Positions 25,359-37,900 of a DNA stretch of 64,000 bases are shown here, piece after piece (position 1 is the first letter of the stretch; every line of letters starts with the position of its first letter). The position numbers and the translations under genes were made by a program. Below the pieces are notes generated by a model. That model did not search any database, had not been told where the DNA came from, and saw nothing but the letters and a program-made list of their open reading frames with translations. The DNA is taken from assembly GCF_963921235.1 (NCBI RefSeq), contig NC_086109.1, positions 10,356,001-10,420,000 on the forward strand, written 5' to 3'. The DNA comes from Mobula hypostoma. Its lineage: Eukaryota.

Positions 25359-26129
25359 CTGATTAAGAACGTGGAAACATAGGATGGAGCAAGCAACGTT
25401 CATCAATTTTTAAGAATATTGAGTTCATTGCTTTCATAGGGTCACACAGCACTACAGCACAGAAATGGGCCCTTCAGTCCATCTATTCTGTGCAGAACTA
25501 TAATCCGGTTTTATCCGGTTGACCTGCACCTGAACCATAACCCTCGATAGTGTACCCCTCCCATCCATTTACCGGTCTAAATTTCTCTTAAATGTTGAAA
25601 TCAAACCCACACCCACCATTTCCACTGACAGCTTGTTCCACACCCTGAGTGAAGAAGTTCCCTCTCATGTTCCTCTTAAACACTTCACCTTTGACCCTTG
25701 ACCTTTAGTTCTAGTCTCATCCAATCTCAGATGAAAAAGTTTGCTTGCAGTTACCCTATCTATACCCCTCAAAATTTGTTTTTGCCATCTGCAACCTTTG
25801 ATTGAGACAACATTCAAAGGTGTTCTCTGCTTTTCAGAAAAATTAACTTAGATTAATTTATTATGTCAGTAATTCTGATTATGGTACAATTAAAAATTTG
25901 AGCGGGGAAACCTTAAGCTTATATCCAATCATCAAGAAAACGTTCAATGACTTGCTACTTGCTGATCCCAATTCTTCTCAAGGCCAAAGTGCACACCAAT
26001 AAATACAAGTACATAAGATAGCTTATAGACATAGATTGATTACATGTACATATAGTGATGCACTTTATGCACATACAATCAATCTTTGCATATAATCTAT
26101 CTTATGTATTTATATGAGTGGTATATTGG

Positions 26130-26500
26130 AGATACATCTCTACCAATGGAGGTGTAAGGTGCTCCTTCCCTCCACCAGCCTGTGGGTCACCCTTGGGCAA
26201 GGTGTAGCATCTGCTTAGCACCCCCACCCCGATCAGGGTCACGTAAAGCCATGGGAGCAATTGGTGGATGGTCGTATTAGCAGCTGGTGCATATAACAAG
26301 TTCTGGTTATGCGATCACTGACACCAGGCAGATAATCTCTGAAGGGTATTGATAAAGGCTGGGGTCACCCATCTTCTGAAGTCGCTGCTGAGAAGAAGGC
26401 AATGGCAAACCACTCCTAAATAAAAATTTGCCAAGAACAATCCTGGTCATGAAGCCATGATCGTCCATGCCACACAACATGGCACGTAATGATGATGATG
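26130..26500 (+). mobile_element. ~350-bp non-autonomous RTE-related element (also 15285-15630 +, 6865-7215 -, 42990-43328 -)
   Basis: Four similar copies; GGCAATGGCAAACCAC motif; (TGA)n tail; no tRNA boxes. Confidence 0.7.
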
Positions 26501-27535
26501 TATTTATATTTATTGTATTTTTATCATACTGTTATTTATCTTATTGTGTTTTTTTTCTGTGTTGCATCAGATCCAGAATAACAATTATTTCATTCTCCTT
26601 TCCACTTGTGGACTGAAAATGACATTACCAAACTTGAATCTTGAATAGACACCTGGCCAGAGGCACAATTTAAATAACTTTTTATATTATCGTATGATTA
26701 GCATTTTGGGTGTTTTTCCAAAACGTTCTGCCCAAGGAACTTGACAAAATGAGTGAAACTTATTTTATATTGATTCATACAACATAGAATAGTACAGGCC
26801 CTTTGACCCCTGATGTTGTGCTGACCTTTTAACTGACACTATGATCAATCTAACCCTTCCCTCCTCCATTTCTCTATCATCCATGTGCCTATCTAAGAAC
26901 TTCTTAAATGCTGCTAATGTATCTGTCTCTATCACCACCCTGGCAGGGTGTTCCATGTATCTACCACTTACTGTGTAAAGAACTTACCTCTGGCATCCCC
27001 TCTATACTTTCTGCCAATCACCTTAAAATGATGCCCCCTTGCATTAGCCAAATCCATCCTGGGAAGAAGCCTCTGGCTGTCCACTCTTATCATCTTGTGC
27101 ACTTCCATCAAGTTATCCTCCTTTGAAATGGACACAATTTTCCAAGTGTAGTCTAAGTACTCTCAGAAATGACCCTTTTATCCCAATTCTCTGCATTCTG
27201 CTAATAAATTACCTCTCTCCCACCTATGGCAATATATTAACCCCAAAAGTACTCTTCATGTGACCTCTAATTAAATGCCTTCCACTCTTAACTCTAAATA
27301 CACTACATGTACTTTTACTCATTCTCTATGTTACAGCCTTAATGAGCTTTAACAAATTGGTCAATCAGGATTTCTATTGCAGTAGGGCAATTCTACGCAG
27401 TTTCTAGAGTAGGTTATATGGACGGCACAACATTGTGGGCCGAAGGGCCTGTAATGTGCTGTAGATTTCTATGTATATTAAAAGCACATTGTTTATCTCG
27501 TGAATTTTTAAAATATTCTCACTATTGCCTCACTA

Positions 27536-28050
27536 TCCAGTTCTGGTCACCTCACTATAGGAAGGATGTGGAAGCATTGGAAAGGGTACAGAGGAGATTT
27601 ACCAGGATGCTGCCTGGTTTAGAGAGTATGCATTATGATCAGAGATTAAGGGAGCTAGGGCTTTACTCATTGGAGAGAAGGAGGATGAGAAGAGACATGA
27701 TGGAGGTGTACAAGATATTAAGAGGAATAGATAGAGTGGATAGCCAGCCCCTCTTCCCCAGGGCACCACTGCTCAATACAAGGGGATATGGCTTTAAGGT
27801 AAGAGGTGGGAAGTTCAAGGGGGATATTAGAGGAAGGTTTTTTACTCAGGGAGTGGTTGGTACGTGGAATACGCTGCCTGAGTCAGTGGTGGAGGCAGAA
27901 ACACTAGTGAAATTTAAGAGACTACTAGACAGGTACATGGAGGAATTTAAGGTGGGGGGTTATATGGGAGGCAGGGTTTGAATGTCGGCACAACAATGTG
28001 GGCCAAAGGGCCTGTACTGTGCTGTACTATTCTATGTTCTATGTTCTATG
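27536..28050 (+). mobile_element. CR1 LINE 3' fragment, same subfamily as 51475-52644
   Basis: QFWSPHYRKDVEALERVQRRFTRMLPG...; near-identical to 52137-52644; (ttctatg)n tail. Confidence 0.95.
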
Positions 28051-29949
28051 TAATGTTCAGCTGGAACTCACTGCCATAGGTAGTTGTGGAGGCCAAGTCA
28101 TTCAATATAATTAAAGTGGATGTTGATAGGTTCTTGATTAGTAAGAGTATTCAAGGTTACTTAGAAAGCAATAGAATGGGGTTGAGAAGGAAAATAAATC
28201 AGCCATGATGAAATAGCAGAGCAGACTCAATGGGCTGAATGGTCTCATTCCACTCCTATGTCTTATACTCTATATAGTCCTGATGAAGTGTCTTGGCCTG
28301 AAACATCGATTGTTTATTCCCATCCACAGGTGCTGCCTGACCTGTTGAGCTCTTCCAGCACATTATGTGTATCACTCTAGATTTCCAGCATCTGCAGTAC
28401 CTCTTGTGTCTTTATAGTCAATGATCCTCATAATGGTTTCTAGATTTTTTTCTATTGATAGATGTTATTCCTATAGACCCACAGTTTCCTACTTTCTCTC
28501 TCTTCCTTGTATTCCCTTATGGTTTTCCAAATCTCTGGAGCCTCTTTGATTCCAGGGAGTCTTGTTAGATTACCACTAACTCGTATGTTTATTTTTACAC
28601 TTTAAATAAATTCAGATGTTGGATCAGGGCATTTCCCATGTGGTGCTCACTGTAGTGAAATGGTACTACTCGCTAAATGGAAACATAGAACAGAGCTGTA
28701 AATCTTCCTTAAATTGCTTAGGATACAAGTCATCAGGTCCAGATATCAGTCTTTATTTCCCAACACTCTGTCTAATTTCTATAGATTGAGATTCGTCTAA
28801 GATTCTCCCTCCCTATGTGGCCTTGCGACTGCAATCTCTTGTACATTTAAGGTGAGAAGGAGGGAAAGTTTAAAGGAGATGTGCAGGGCAAGTGAGGGGA
28901 GGTGCCCAGGACGGGTTGCCAGAAGTGGAAGCAGATACAAGACACAAACAAGATGCTGGAGGAACTTAGCAGGTCAGGCAGCATCTACCGAAATGAGTAA
29001 GTCGCCAACGTTTCCGGCTGAGACCCTTCATCAGGACTAAGATGAATGATCTCAGCCCGAATCATCGACTCTGTATTCCTGGTGCTGTTTGACTCGCTGA
29101 GGTCCTCCAGCATTTTGTATATGTTCTTCTGGATTTCCAGCATCTGCAGAATCTCTTGTGTTTATATAGCAGAAACAATAGTGGTGGTTGAGAGAACATT
29201 AGACACATGGAATGTGCAGGAAGTGGGGGGATATGGATAAAGTGCGGGCAGGAGAGATTTACTTTAATTTGAACTGTGTTTGACACCAGCGTAATGGGTT
29301 AAAAGATCTGCAACTCTGCAGGACAGTTCTATGTTTCCATTTAGCGAGTGATGCCATTTCACTGCAGGGAACACTACATGGGAAACACCCTAATCCAGCA
29401 TCCGCATTTATGTAAAGGGGTTATTTGATAGCAATCAGCAACGAAAAGAGAAGCTATGAAAAGAGTGGGATTGCGTGCCCAAACCAAGGCACGGGGGTTA
29501 AAGTGTCCTGGCCTCTATGAGTAATATTAATTTGGATTGAAATATACAGAGCTCATTTTCAAAATAAAAGGGCAACGTTGGATAAACAAGAACTAACTCC
29601 ACTGACAATCAAGCCGTATCACCAACCGAGTGCCAAAGAACATGTGTAATGACTGAATTTTCTTACAGGGAGTTCACAAGTTTTAGTTTACCTCGCTCTT
29701 TAATTAGACCGTCCAGTAAACCTTGTTTGTTTTCTGTACATTAATTGTTGCCCATGAGTCATGTACCCATCCATCGGAAGCAATAACTTTTGTTCTATTA
29801 AAGAATAACTTCTTTAACCATTTCCCTCCCTGGCTCGCCTTCTCCTCCGAATTCTTTGACAGCCCCACAAAAGCAAAGGAAGGAGGGCCCTTCTGTGAAA
29901 CTTTGGCTTCCACTTATTTCCCGCCCTGAAGTCTTCCCCTCTATTGCCA

Positions 29950-30520
29950 ACCACATGAGTAGTTTATGGGATCTTGCCGTGCCGCCTTACCTGATTGGTC
30001 GTGTGGCAGGCAGGGGGGCGGGTCGAATACGCGCCAAATGTCTCACTACATTCCCCGATACCTGGGGTTCCATGACGTACGGGAGTGTATCTCTCGCCGT
30101 CACTGGCGTGGCGCTGATTGGTGGATCGGCCCGTCCATCCACCGCGCGTTGCCTTCGGCCCGCGGCGGCCGCGCACTGTGATTGGTGGACGCCGGTGCTC
30201 GTCACATTGGTGTGGAGGCGGGGTGGGGTGGGATGCGGTGACGGAACGCGGAGTGCCACTCGGTTAATGGGTGACGGTCGCTGGCCTACAGGTAACACTT
30301 TAACCGGCCCGGGAACACTGTGACCGACCCCCCTCGGAGTCGGGGGGGCGGGCGGAATTGGATGGAGGGGGTGGGGGCAGGCAGAGTAAAACCCGGCGGG
30401 AGCAGCAGGAGGCTCGGCCAGAGGCGTAGGGAGGTTGGAGGCTTCACTCATTGAGGCAGCCGCATCTTCACAGCTGACGGGGTAAAGACCCTGTTTGACG
30501 CACACGGGCTGGGCAATTCA
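29950..30520. promoter_or_regulatory. CpG-island promoter of SLC41A1, probably bidirectional
   Basis: The only strongly CpG/GC-rich non-repeat block in the window. Three TGATTGG (inverted CCAAT) boxes at ~29992, ~30115 and ~30179; GC boxes at ~30014 and ~30343; E2F-like CGCGCCAAA 30030-30038; ZNF143-like ACTACATTCCCC 30045-30056. Confidence 0.8.
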
Positions 30521-31149
30521 GCTAAAGAGTCGGGAGATATTGCAGCCTGAAACTGGGGGAATTGTACATTTATCAGATGTTTGCGGGACTTGACTCCAGA
30601 ATCCGAGGAATTAAAATGTTTGGGACATTCTGCAAAACAGCTGAATGACTGATTCTAAAATCCTATAACAATATTTAAGGAAAGGCTCGCAAAAGCAATA
30701 GTGATTCTGGAGCTGGTTTCAGAGATTGCGCGTTAAATTGAGAGCGAGAATAGTGATGGTGAAAATGTTTGAGGAATCTCAGAAGGCAAAAATCAGGGGT
30801 TGAGTGCAGTTGAAAACTTGGGATTTCGGGGCGCGTTCATGTTTAAACTGTTTGCGAGGTTCTGCGATATCAAGATAGTGGAAAAATTATTGAGTGAAGC
30901 TGCTTGACTGTGTGTGTGTGTTAATTCAAAAACGAGCTTTTCCAACACAAACGGATCCTGACAATCCAGGTGACGTTTGGTGATTTTTCTCCCAGTTTTT
31001 TGTTTGAGTGAGTGTTCAATAAGTAGTTTTCATTAGACGTGATTAGAAACAGGAACTGTCACTTAGTGGATTTGTGGGAGTTGAAGGTTTGCTTGCCTCG
31101 AATAAAGTGCTTGTTTTCTCTCTTTCTCTCTCTCTGGTTTCCTATATAG

Positions 31150-31516
31150 GAGCAATTTTTAACTTGTCTCCTTTTTCCATTAATAGCGACGACTCGCCTC
31201 CGTCGGACTGGCCGCTGGAAGCAGCCGCTGTTTCCGTTATTAATTGGGAACTTTTTTTCTCTCCTGCCACGTGTTGAACTTATGGCACGCTTCCTTGACG
31301 GGGGATGGCATTGAAATCTGACGGAACGGCGACTCTACCGACTATATCTGCTGCAGAAGGATCTTTATAACATCTTACCGTTCAGTTTGCCAAAAAAAAA
31401 GCTACTTGACGCCTAACTTTTGGGAAGGGGGAGTGGGAGGCTTTTTTTTCCCCCTGAAACATTTAAAAGACTGAGGAAATTAAACATTATGATATCCCGA
31501 AGATTGTAAAAGCGCC
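31150..31516 (+). other. SLC41A1: Probable 5'UTR part of the SLC41A1 ATG-containing exon
   Basis: Long pyrimidine tract 31111-31143 ending in tatag (AG at 31148-31149). Repeat-free and CpG-containing up to the ATG. Confidence 0.6.
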
Positions 31517-31930
31517 ATGTCTAACCCCACAGAACAGAAAGAAGTTGGCCTGGTTTACCATGTGAATGGAAGCGCCTACCCCGTTGATGCTGGCTCTGAC
31601 GACTTTGCAATCTCCATCACCCCCAGTTCATCCAAGGAGCTGGTGGAGACGGAGAGTTCAGAATATTTAACGGAGGAGAGGGAGCAAATTGAAAGGACGG
31701 AGACTGTTGTGAGAGACTCCCGTGCCAATGCCAAAGGTCTGAGAGAGGAAGACGCTCTACTGGAGAACGGAAGTCAGAGCATCGACAGTGATGATATTAG
31801 CAGCGACCCCAGCCGGGCACCAGACTCCCTTAAAGAGACCTCCTTTTCCATAGGACTACAGGTTGTCTTCCCATTCCTGCTGGCAGGTTTTGGCACGGTA
31901 GCTGCTGGAATGGTCTTGGACATTGTACAG
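31517..31930 (+). CDS. SLC41A1: Solute carrier family 41 member 1 (MgtE-like Mg2+ transporter), first coding exon (138 codons)
   Basis: ATG in gccATG context. Translation contains [21 protein letters not shown] and [34 protein letters not shown], matching vertebrate SLC41A1 as recalled. Ends at a canonical CAG|gtaagg donor (phase 0). Confidence 0.96.
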
Positions 31931-34900
31931 GTAAGGGCGATTTTTGTAATCTGTGCATTCGGCAACCTCCAGAGAATTTTCCTCAAGTTATTAATTGGCA
32001 AGCCAGAGCCCTCACTGTCTTAACCCCCCCAACTCCCTCCCACTACCTTGTCACCGGGGGAGAAATAAAAATCCTGCACTTGGTAATTCCACAGAGAGCG
32101 ATGTCTTGATTTTTGCATACCGGGCACCCGATGTCAGGATTTTGCATGCAGTTATGCCGTGGCTAATTTTTTTTTAATGTCCTAGGGCAGATTGTGTGAC
32201 GGTTCTCCTGATTTTAAAGTCTGTCTTGTGTTAGGAAAGGTGCAGGAGCCTAAAGGTCCAGGCTCGACGTTTTAAGAACAGCCTTTTCCCCTCCGTCGTC
32301 AGATTTCTTTTAATTATTTGGAGGTAAAGCGCAGAAGGGGACCCTGTGGTCTAACGAGGCGTGATGCCCAGCAACCCATCAATTTAACCCCAGCTGAATC
32401 ACAGGGCAATTTACAATGACCAGTCAACCTACTAAGGGTACTACTTCTGGACTTTGGGAGGAAACTGGAGCACCCAGAAAACAGAAGCCCAAGGGGAGAT
32501 GGTACAAACCCCTTGCAGATGGAATTGAACTCTGACCCCCCTCCCCCAGGTGTAACACTGCACCACCGTGGTGCCATGTAAGCCAGAGACCTTTAGACAC
32601 ACAGATGAAAGTGAAGAGGAGGGCTTTGTGGAAGGGAAGGATTAGATTGAATTTAGGAAGGGTTGCATTGATCTAGAAGTAGCTAAAAGGTCAGAGCAAC
32701 ATTGTGGGCTGAATGGCCTCTTCTGCCTTCTATGCTCTACCTTGATATTCCTTTTTTTTGCGCTATTTATTTTGTAATTTACAGTAATTTTTATGCCTTG
32801 TTCTGTACAACAAATTTCACGCACCTGTCAGTGGGAATAAATGTGATTATGGCTCTCATCAGGCATGGATATAAATGGTTGCAGATTCATTTTCCAATGG
32901 ATAAACATCCTAGAAGAATGGACAAGGGTGAGCTCAGTAACTTTTCCGATGGACCAAGTAGGAACTGAGCTGTTGGAGGAGCTCAGCCTCTAGGGAACGT
33001 CTGGCAAGGTAAATGGACAATCGATGTTTTGAGTCGAGACCTTTCAACTGGACTCGGTCCATTTCCCTTCCCAGATGCCGTCTGACCTGCTGAGTTCCCC
33101 CAGTTGCTTCGGGCTTCCACCATCCGCAGTCCATGAGACCATAAGACAGACGGGCACAATTAGGCCTTTTAGCTGATGGAGTCTGCTCCGCCATTCCATC
33201 AAGGCTGATTTATTATCCCTTTCAATCCCATTCTTCTGCCTTCTCCCTCTAACTTTTGCCACCCTTACTAATCAAGAGCCTACCAACCTCCACTTTAAAT
33301 ATACCCAATAACTTGGCCTCCACGCCATCTATGCCAGTAAATTCCACAGATTCACCACCCTCTGGCTAAAGAAATCTCTTGTCATCTCTATTCTAAAGGG
33401 ATACCCTTGTATTCTGAGACTGTGCCCTCTGGTCCTAGACTCTCTCATTATTGGAAACATCCTCTCCACATCCACTTGGTCTACGCCTTTCAATATTTGG
33501 CAGGTTTCAATTAAGTTGCCCCCCTCCCATTCTTCTAAACTTCAGCGAGTGCAGTCTGTTGTGCCTACACCTTAAAATTTGTGTGCATTTTGTGGAACAG
33601 CATGAAAGTCAAAATAATGCTGTAGATGCTGGAACTCTGGAGCAAAAATGGGTGCCACAGTAGCGTAATGCTATTACAGCTTGGGGCATCGAGTTCTGTG
33701 CTCAATCCTGGCATCCTCTGTAAGGAGACTCTGTACATCCTCCCTGTAGAATGCGTGGGTTTCCTCAGGGTGCTCTGGTTTATTCCCACAGTCCAAAGAT
33801 GCACTGGGTGGGTTAATTAGTCATTGTAAATTCTCTTGTGATTAGGTTAAGGGTAAATCGGGGTTTGCTGGGGCAGCAGGGCTTCAAGGGCCAGAAAGGC
33901 CTACTCCACACTTCTATTGCTAAATAAAATAAACAAATAATTGAGTAGCTGGTGGAACTTGGTAGATGCCGGAAGTCTGGTAAACAAAAGCAATGCTTGG
34001 ATATCTCAACTTAGGGGGCAGAAAGAGAAATGGTTAATATTTGAAACCTGGGGCCCTTCATCAGCAAGAGAAAATCATTGGTCTTGAATGCAGAGAAGCT
34101 GGGGGGAGAACAATAGCAATTTTTGAAATGAGGCAGTTCAAATTAACCTTTGTGTTATGTAACTCACAAAATACTGGACGTACTCAGCAGGCCGGGCAGC
34201 ATCTATGGAGAGGAATAAACAGTCAACTTTTCAGGCTGAGACCCTTCATCAGAAAATTCCAATCCCTCATGAAGGGTCTTGGCCTGAAGCGTCAACTTTT
34301 TGCTGGTGCCGGAGGCCCCTGATGTAAAGTCCGAGCGGGACAGGAGTTCAAGTGGCAGGCCAGCAGAAGCTTGAGGTCACTCCTGTGGACCAAGCACAGA
34401 TGATCTACAAAGCGGTGGCTGGGCCTGAGTTTGGTTTCTGCAATGCGAGGAGACCAGGACTCTGGATTGGGAGAAGTGCATGTGAAAATGAATTGCGCTT
34501 GATCAGAATCGGGTTTAATATCACTGGCACATGTCGTGAAATTTGTTGTCTTTACGGCAGCAGTACAATGAAATGTGTAATAATAGAAAAAAAATGAATT
34601 GCAGTTGGTATATGTTAAATAAGTAGTGCGAAGATAGAAATTTTAAAAAAAAGTCGTGAGGTCATGTCCAGGGGTTCAATTTAGAAATTGGGTGGCAAGC
34701 CACACATGTAAGAGAACAAGTTATAGATGAAGACGTGAGGCTTTGCTGTACAAATAGAACAGCACAGGCCCTTCGGCCCACAATGTTAACCAATTGCAAG
34801 ATTATTCTAACCCTTCCCTCATGTGTAGTTTTCCATTTTTCTTTCATTGAGTCAGTTAAATGTCCCTAATATTTCTGTCTTTACCATACCCCACCCCTCA

Positions 34901-37900
34901 GAGTTGCATTCCATGCACTTACTTCTGTGTTTATAAAAATAATGCTACCTCTGACATCACCTCCCCCATACTTTTAAGGCGGCTGGAGGAAAGTATGTCC
35001 TCGCATTGTGGCCATTGCCTCCCTAGGAACAGGTGCTGGCTGTCCACTATCTGTCATAATCAATATTGGTTATATATCTCGTAATCTTCCTCACTAGGGG
35101 TGGTGAGAGGGGTTAAAGGGTTAAATAACTTGAAAAAACTTCTGTTCAGTATCTTCTGCAACATTGCTGTAATGTTTTCTGTAGCCCCCTGAGGGTGTCT
35201 TTAAGAATCCATTGAGATTGATGTTGAGCAGCACACACACAATGTGCTAGAGGAACTCAGCAGGTCAGACAACATCTATGGAAATGAAAAAACAGTCAAC
35301 GTTTTGGGCTGAATCCTTCACCTCTAGGACCTTCCTGATGAAGGATCTTGGCTGGAAATGTTGACAGTTTATTCCTCTCCCTAGATGCTCAGTTCCTTCA
35401 GTATTCTGTGTTGGTTGCTCCAGGGTTCTGGCATTTATGGGATCTCTCATGAGATTGAAGAATGTCTTGCAGTTCTCGATTGTTGAAGTGGGTGTTGAGA
35501 GATCTGCACCCTCGGGTGGGGCAGGAGGCGCTCGATACAGTGAGCGGCTGGGTGGTTTGGTAGGGGTTGCACTCCCAAGATTCTGCATGCTCCCAGCAGG
35601 TGGATGTGAGGTCCTTAGAAACGACGACAACCTTGTGTAGAGTGAGGTCCCACCAGCAGTAACGCGTCCATGAGCAAATCTGTTGTTTGTCCGGGGATGT
35701 GAAGAAGTAACCATCGATCAGGACTGTAGGCACAACTCCCTTGCTTCTCTGACATGCTGCCACAGAATCTTTTCCCATTCATGTCAGCAGGTCGCTTGAC
35801 TCATCTGGAAGGCAGCCTTCCTAAAGGGCAGAAACTTCCTTCCAAGCTAGCATGTCAACTGAACTTTTGAATAGCTATGTGAACAACGAGCAAGGAATCC
35901 AAATCAGTTTGTTTTTAACACGTGGTCATTTGAGTTGCTGTCACCTTCCTGTCAGCTTGAACCAGTCTGGCCATTCTCCTCTGACCTCTCTCATTAACAA
36001 GGCATTTTCACCCACAGAACTGCTGCTCACTGGATGTTCTTTGTTTTTCCACACAATTCTCTGTAGACTCTGGAGGGTGTTGTCCGTGAAAATCCAGGAG
36101 ATCAGCAGTTACTGAGATACTCAAACCTCCCCGTCTGGCGCCAACAATCATTCCACACTTAAAGTCACTTAGATCTTATTTCTTCCCCATTCTGATATTT
36201 TGTCTGAATGACAACTGAACCTCTTGACTGTGTCTGTATGCTTTTGTGCATTGAGTTGCTGCCACAAGATTGGTTAATTAAATATTTGCATTAATAAGCA
36301 AGTGTATCTAATAAAGTGTCTTTGAGTGTATAGAACAGAAACTTTTATATTAGGAGGTTTAAACCAGATAGCTGTGTCAGGTGGTGTGTTATTGCCTGTG
36401 ATAAGCTCCTTCATGTTTGTAAATGGGACGCTGTGTGTTCCATGGGAGTTCTACAAGTTCCTATTAAATTTTGTGCCAGGGTTATTCTGTAGGCAAAGTC
36501 ATTGGTACATCTGAAAAGTTGGGTCTGGTAGTATCAAATTGAACCATTTAAAAACAAAATATGATGCTCAGTGCAATATTAACGTTGATCTTCACAGTGT
36601 TACCATGTGGGTTTCCTCCGGGTGCTCTGGTTTCTTCCCACTTTCTAAAGGCGTACAGGTTAGGGTTAATCAGTTGTCGGCATGGTATGTTGGCAGCTCT
36701 TGTAGGTTGTCCCCATCATATTCCTCACTGAATTAACGCAACAGCCCATTCCAGTGTATGCTTCGATATGCAAATGACAACTAAAGCTAATCTTTATATG
36801 CTTTCTTTTAATTAATTTTCTGCCAAATTTGCCATTCCGATGATTTCTCTCCCTTCCTGCAGCTGATAGGTATGTCTGATTTGATTAGAAAATGTAAGCA
36901 AGGTGAGGTACAACTGCTACAGTTTTGACTTTCCTCTTTTTATATATAATTACTGTTCATCAAAGTTCAAAGTAACTGTATTATCAAAGTGCATACGTCA
37001 CCATACATTACCCTGAGATTCATTTTCCTGAAGAAATTCACAGTAGAACAAAAAAATGCAATAGCATCAATTGAAAACTGCGTATGCAGACTAAGAAAGA
37101 ATCAATGTGGAACAGAAGACAATCTGTGCAAATACAAAAATAATGATAATAGAATGGTAAATAAGTCCTTGAAAGTGAGCAACACGCACAAAATGCTGGA
37201 GGAACTCAGCAGGGAACGCCACCACAGCCACGTATCGTCCCTGGGAACTGAGTGCCTCCAGCATTTTGTGTGTTGCTTGGACTTCCGGCATCTGCAGATT
37301 TTCTCATGTTTGTGCCTTGAAAGTGGTATCGGTTCAGAGTTGAGAGTGAAGTTGTCCACGCTGGTTCAGGAGCCTGATGGTTGAGGGGTAATAACTGTTC
37401 CTGAACCTGGTGGTGTGGGACCCAAGACTCCTGTACCTCCTTCCAGATGGCAGCAGTAATAAGGTGGCATGGTCTGAGGGGTGGGTGCTTGCACTGGTGT
37501 ATTAGCCTGGATAAGTGCTCAGGGTTGTGGAGTTTGACTTTGATCATAAAGACAAGTAGTACATGCAGATCAGTTTGAATCTATTCAATTGTTTTTTTTT
37601 CTGTCGGAGAATTTTTACTGTTTGGCTTTGAGTACGATAATTAGAAACATTGTGCCAATGTCAGAACAAAACTGGCTGCCATAATGAAAATAATACCCGA
37701 AACGTGAGTTTTGGAGTCCTTAAAAGTAAGTCTATGCTGTAGGTTGTGGTGTCAATTCAACTTTGAGGTGAGCGAAGTTATCCCCACATACTTAGTCTCA
37801 TAGCGTCACAAATTGCTAATTTCAAACTCCAGACAGAATGATGTCTCGGAAGTCAGCACAGCTTGGAAGCTTGTCTTTGCTGTAGTTTGGGTATATTCGA

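Larger units (their letters stand above)
7479..26000 (-). pseudogene. Multi-exon, disabled Maestro HEAT-like repeat (MROH family-like) gene
   Basis: At least 12 AG/GT-bounded, non-repeat segments on the minus strand, several with compatible phases. Peptides are collinear with recalled MROH1-type motifs. Contains in-frame stops, frameshifts and one GT>AT donor. Family assignment by eye only. Confidence 0.55.

Noticed and set aside
29704..30505. ORFs over and beside the CpG island (69-172 aa)
   Set aside because: Several use non-ATG starts, are low-complexity or GC-driven, and show no recognisable family.
31931..32023. C-terminal 30 aa of the ORF-track protein 31517-32023
   Set aside because: Read-through into the intron past the GT donor at 31931.
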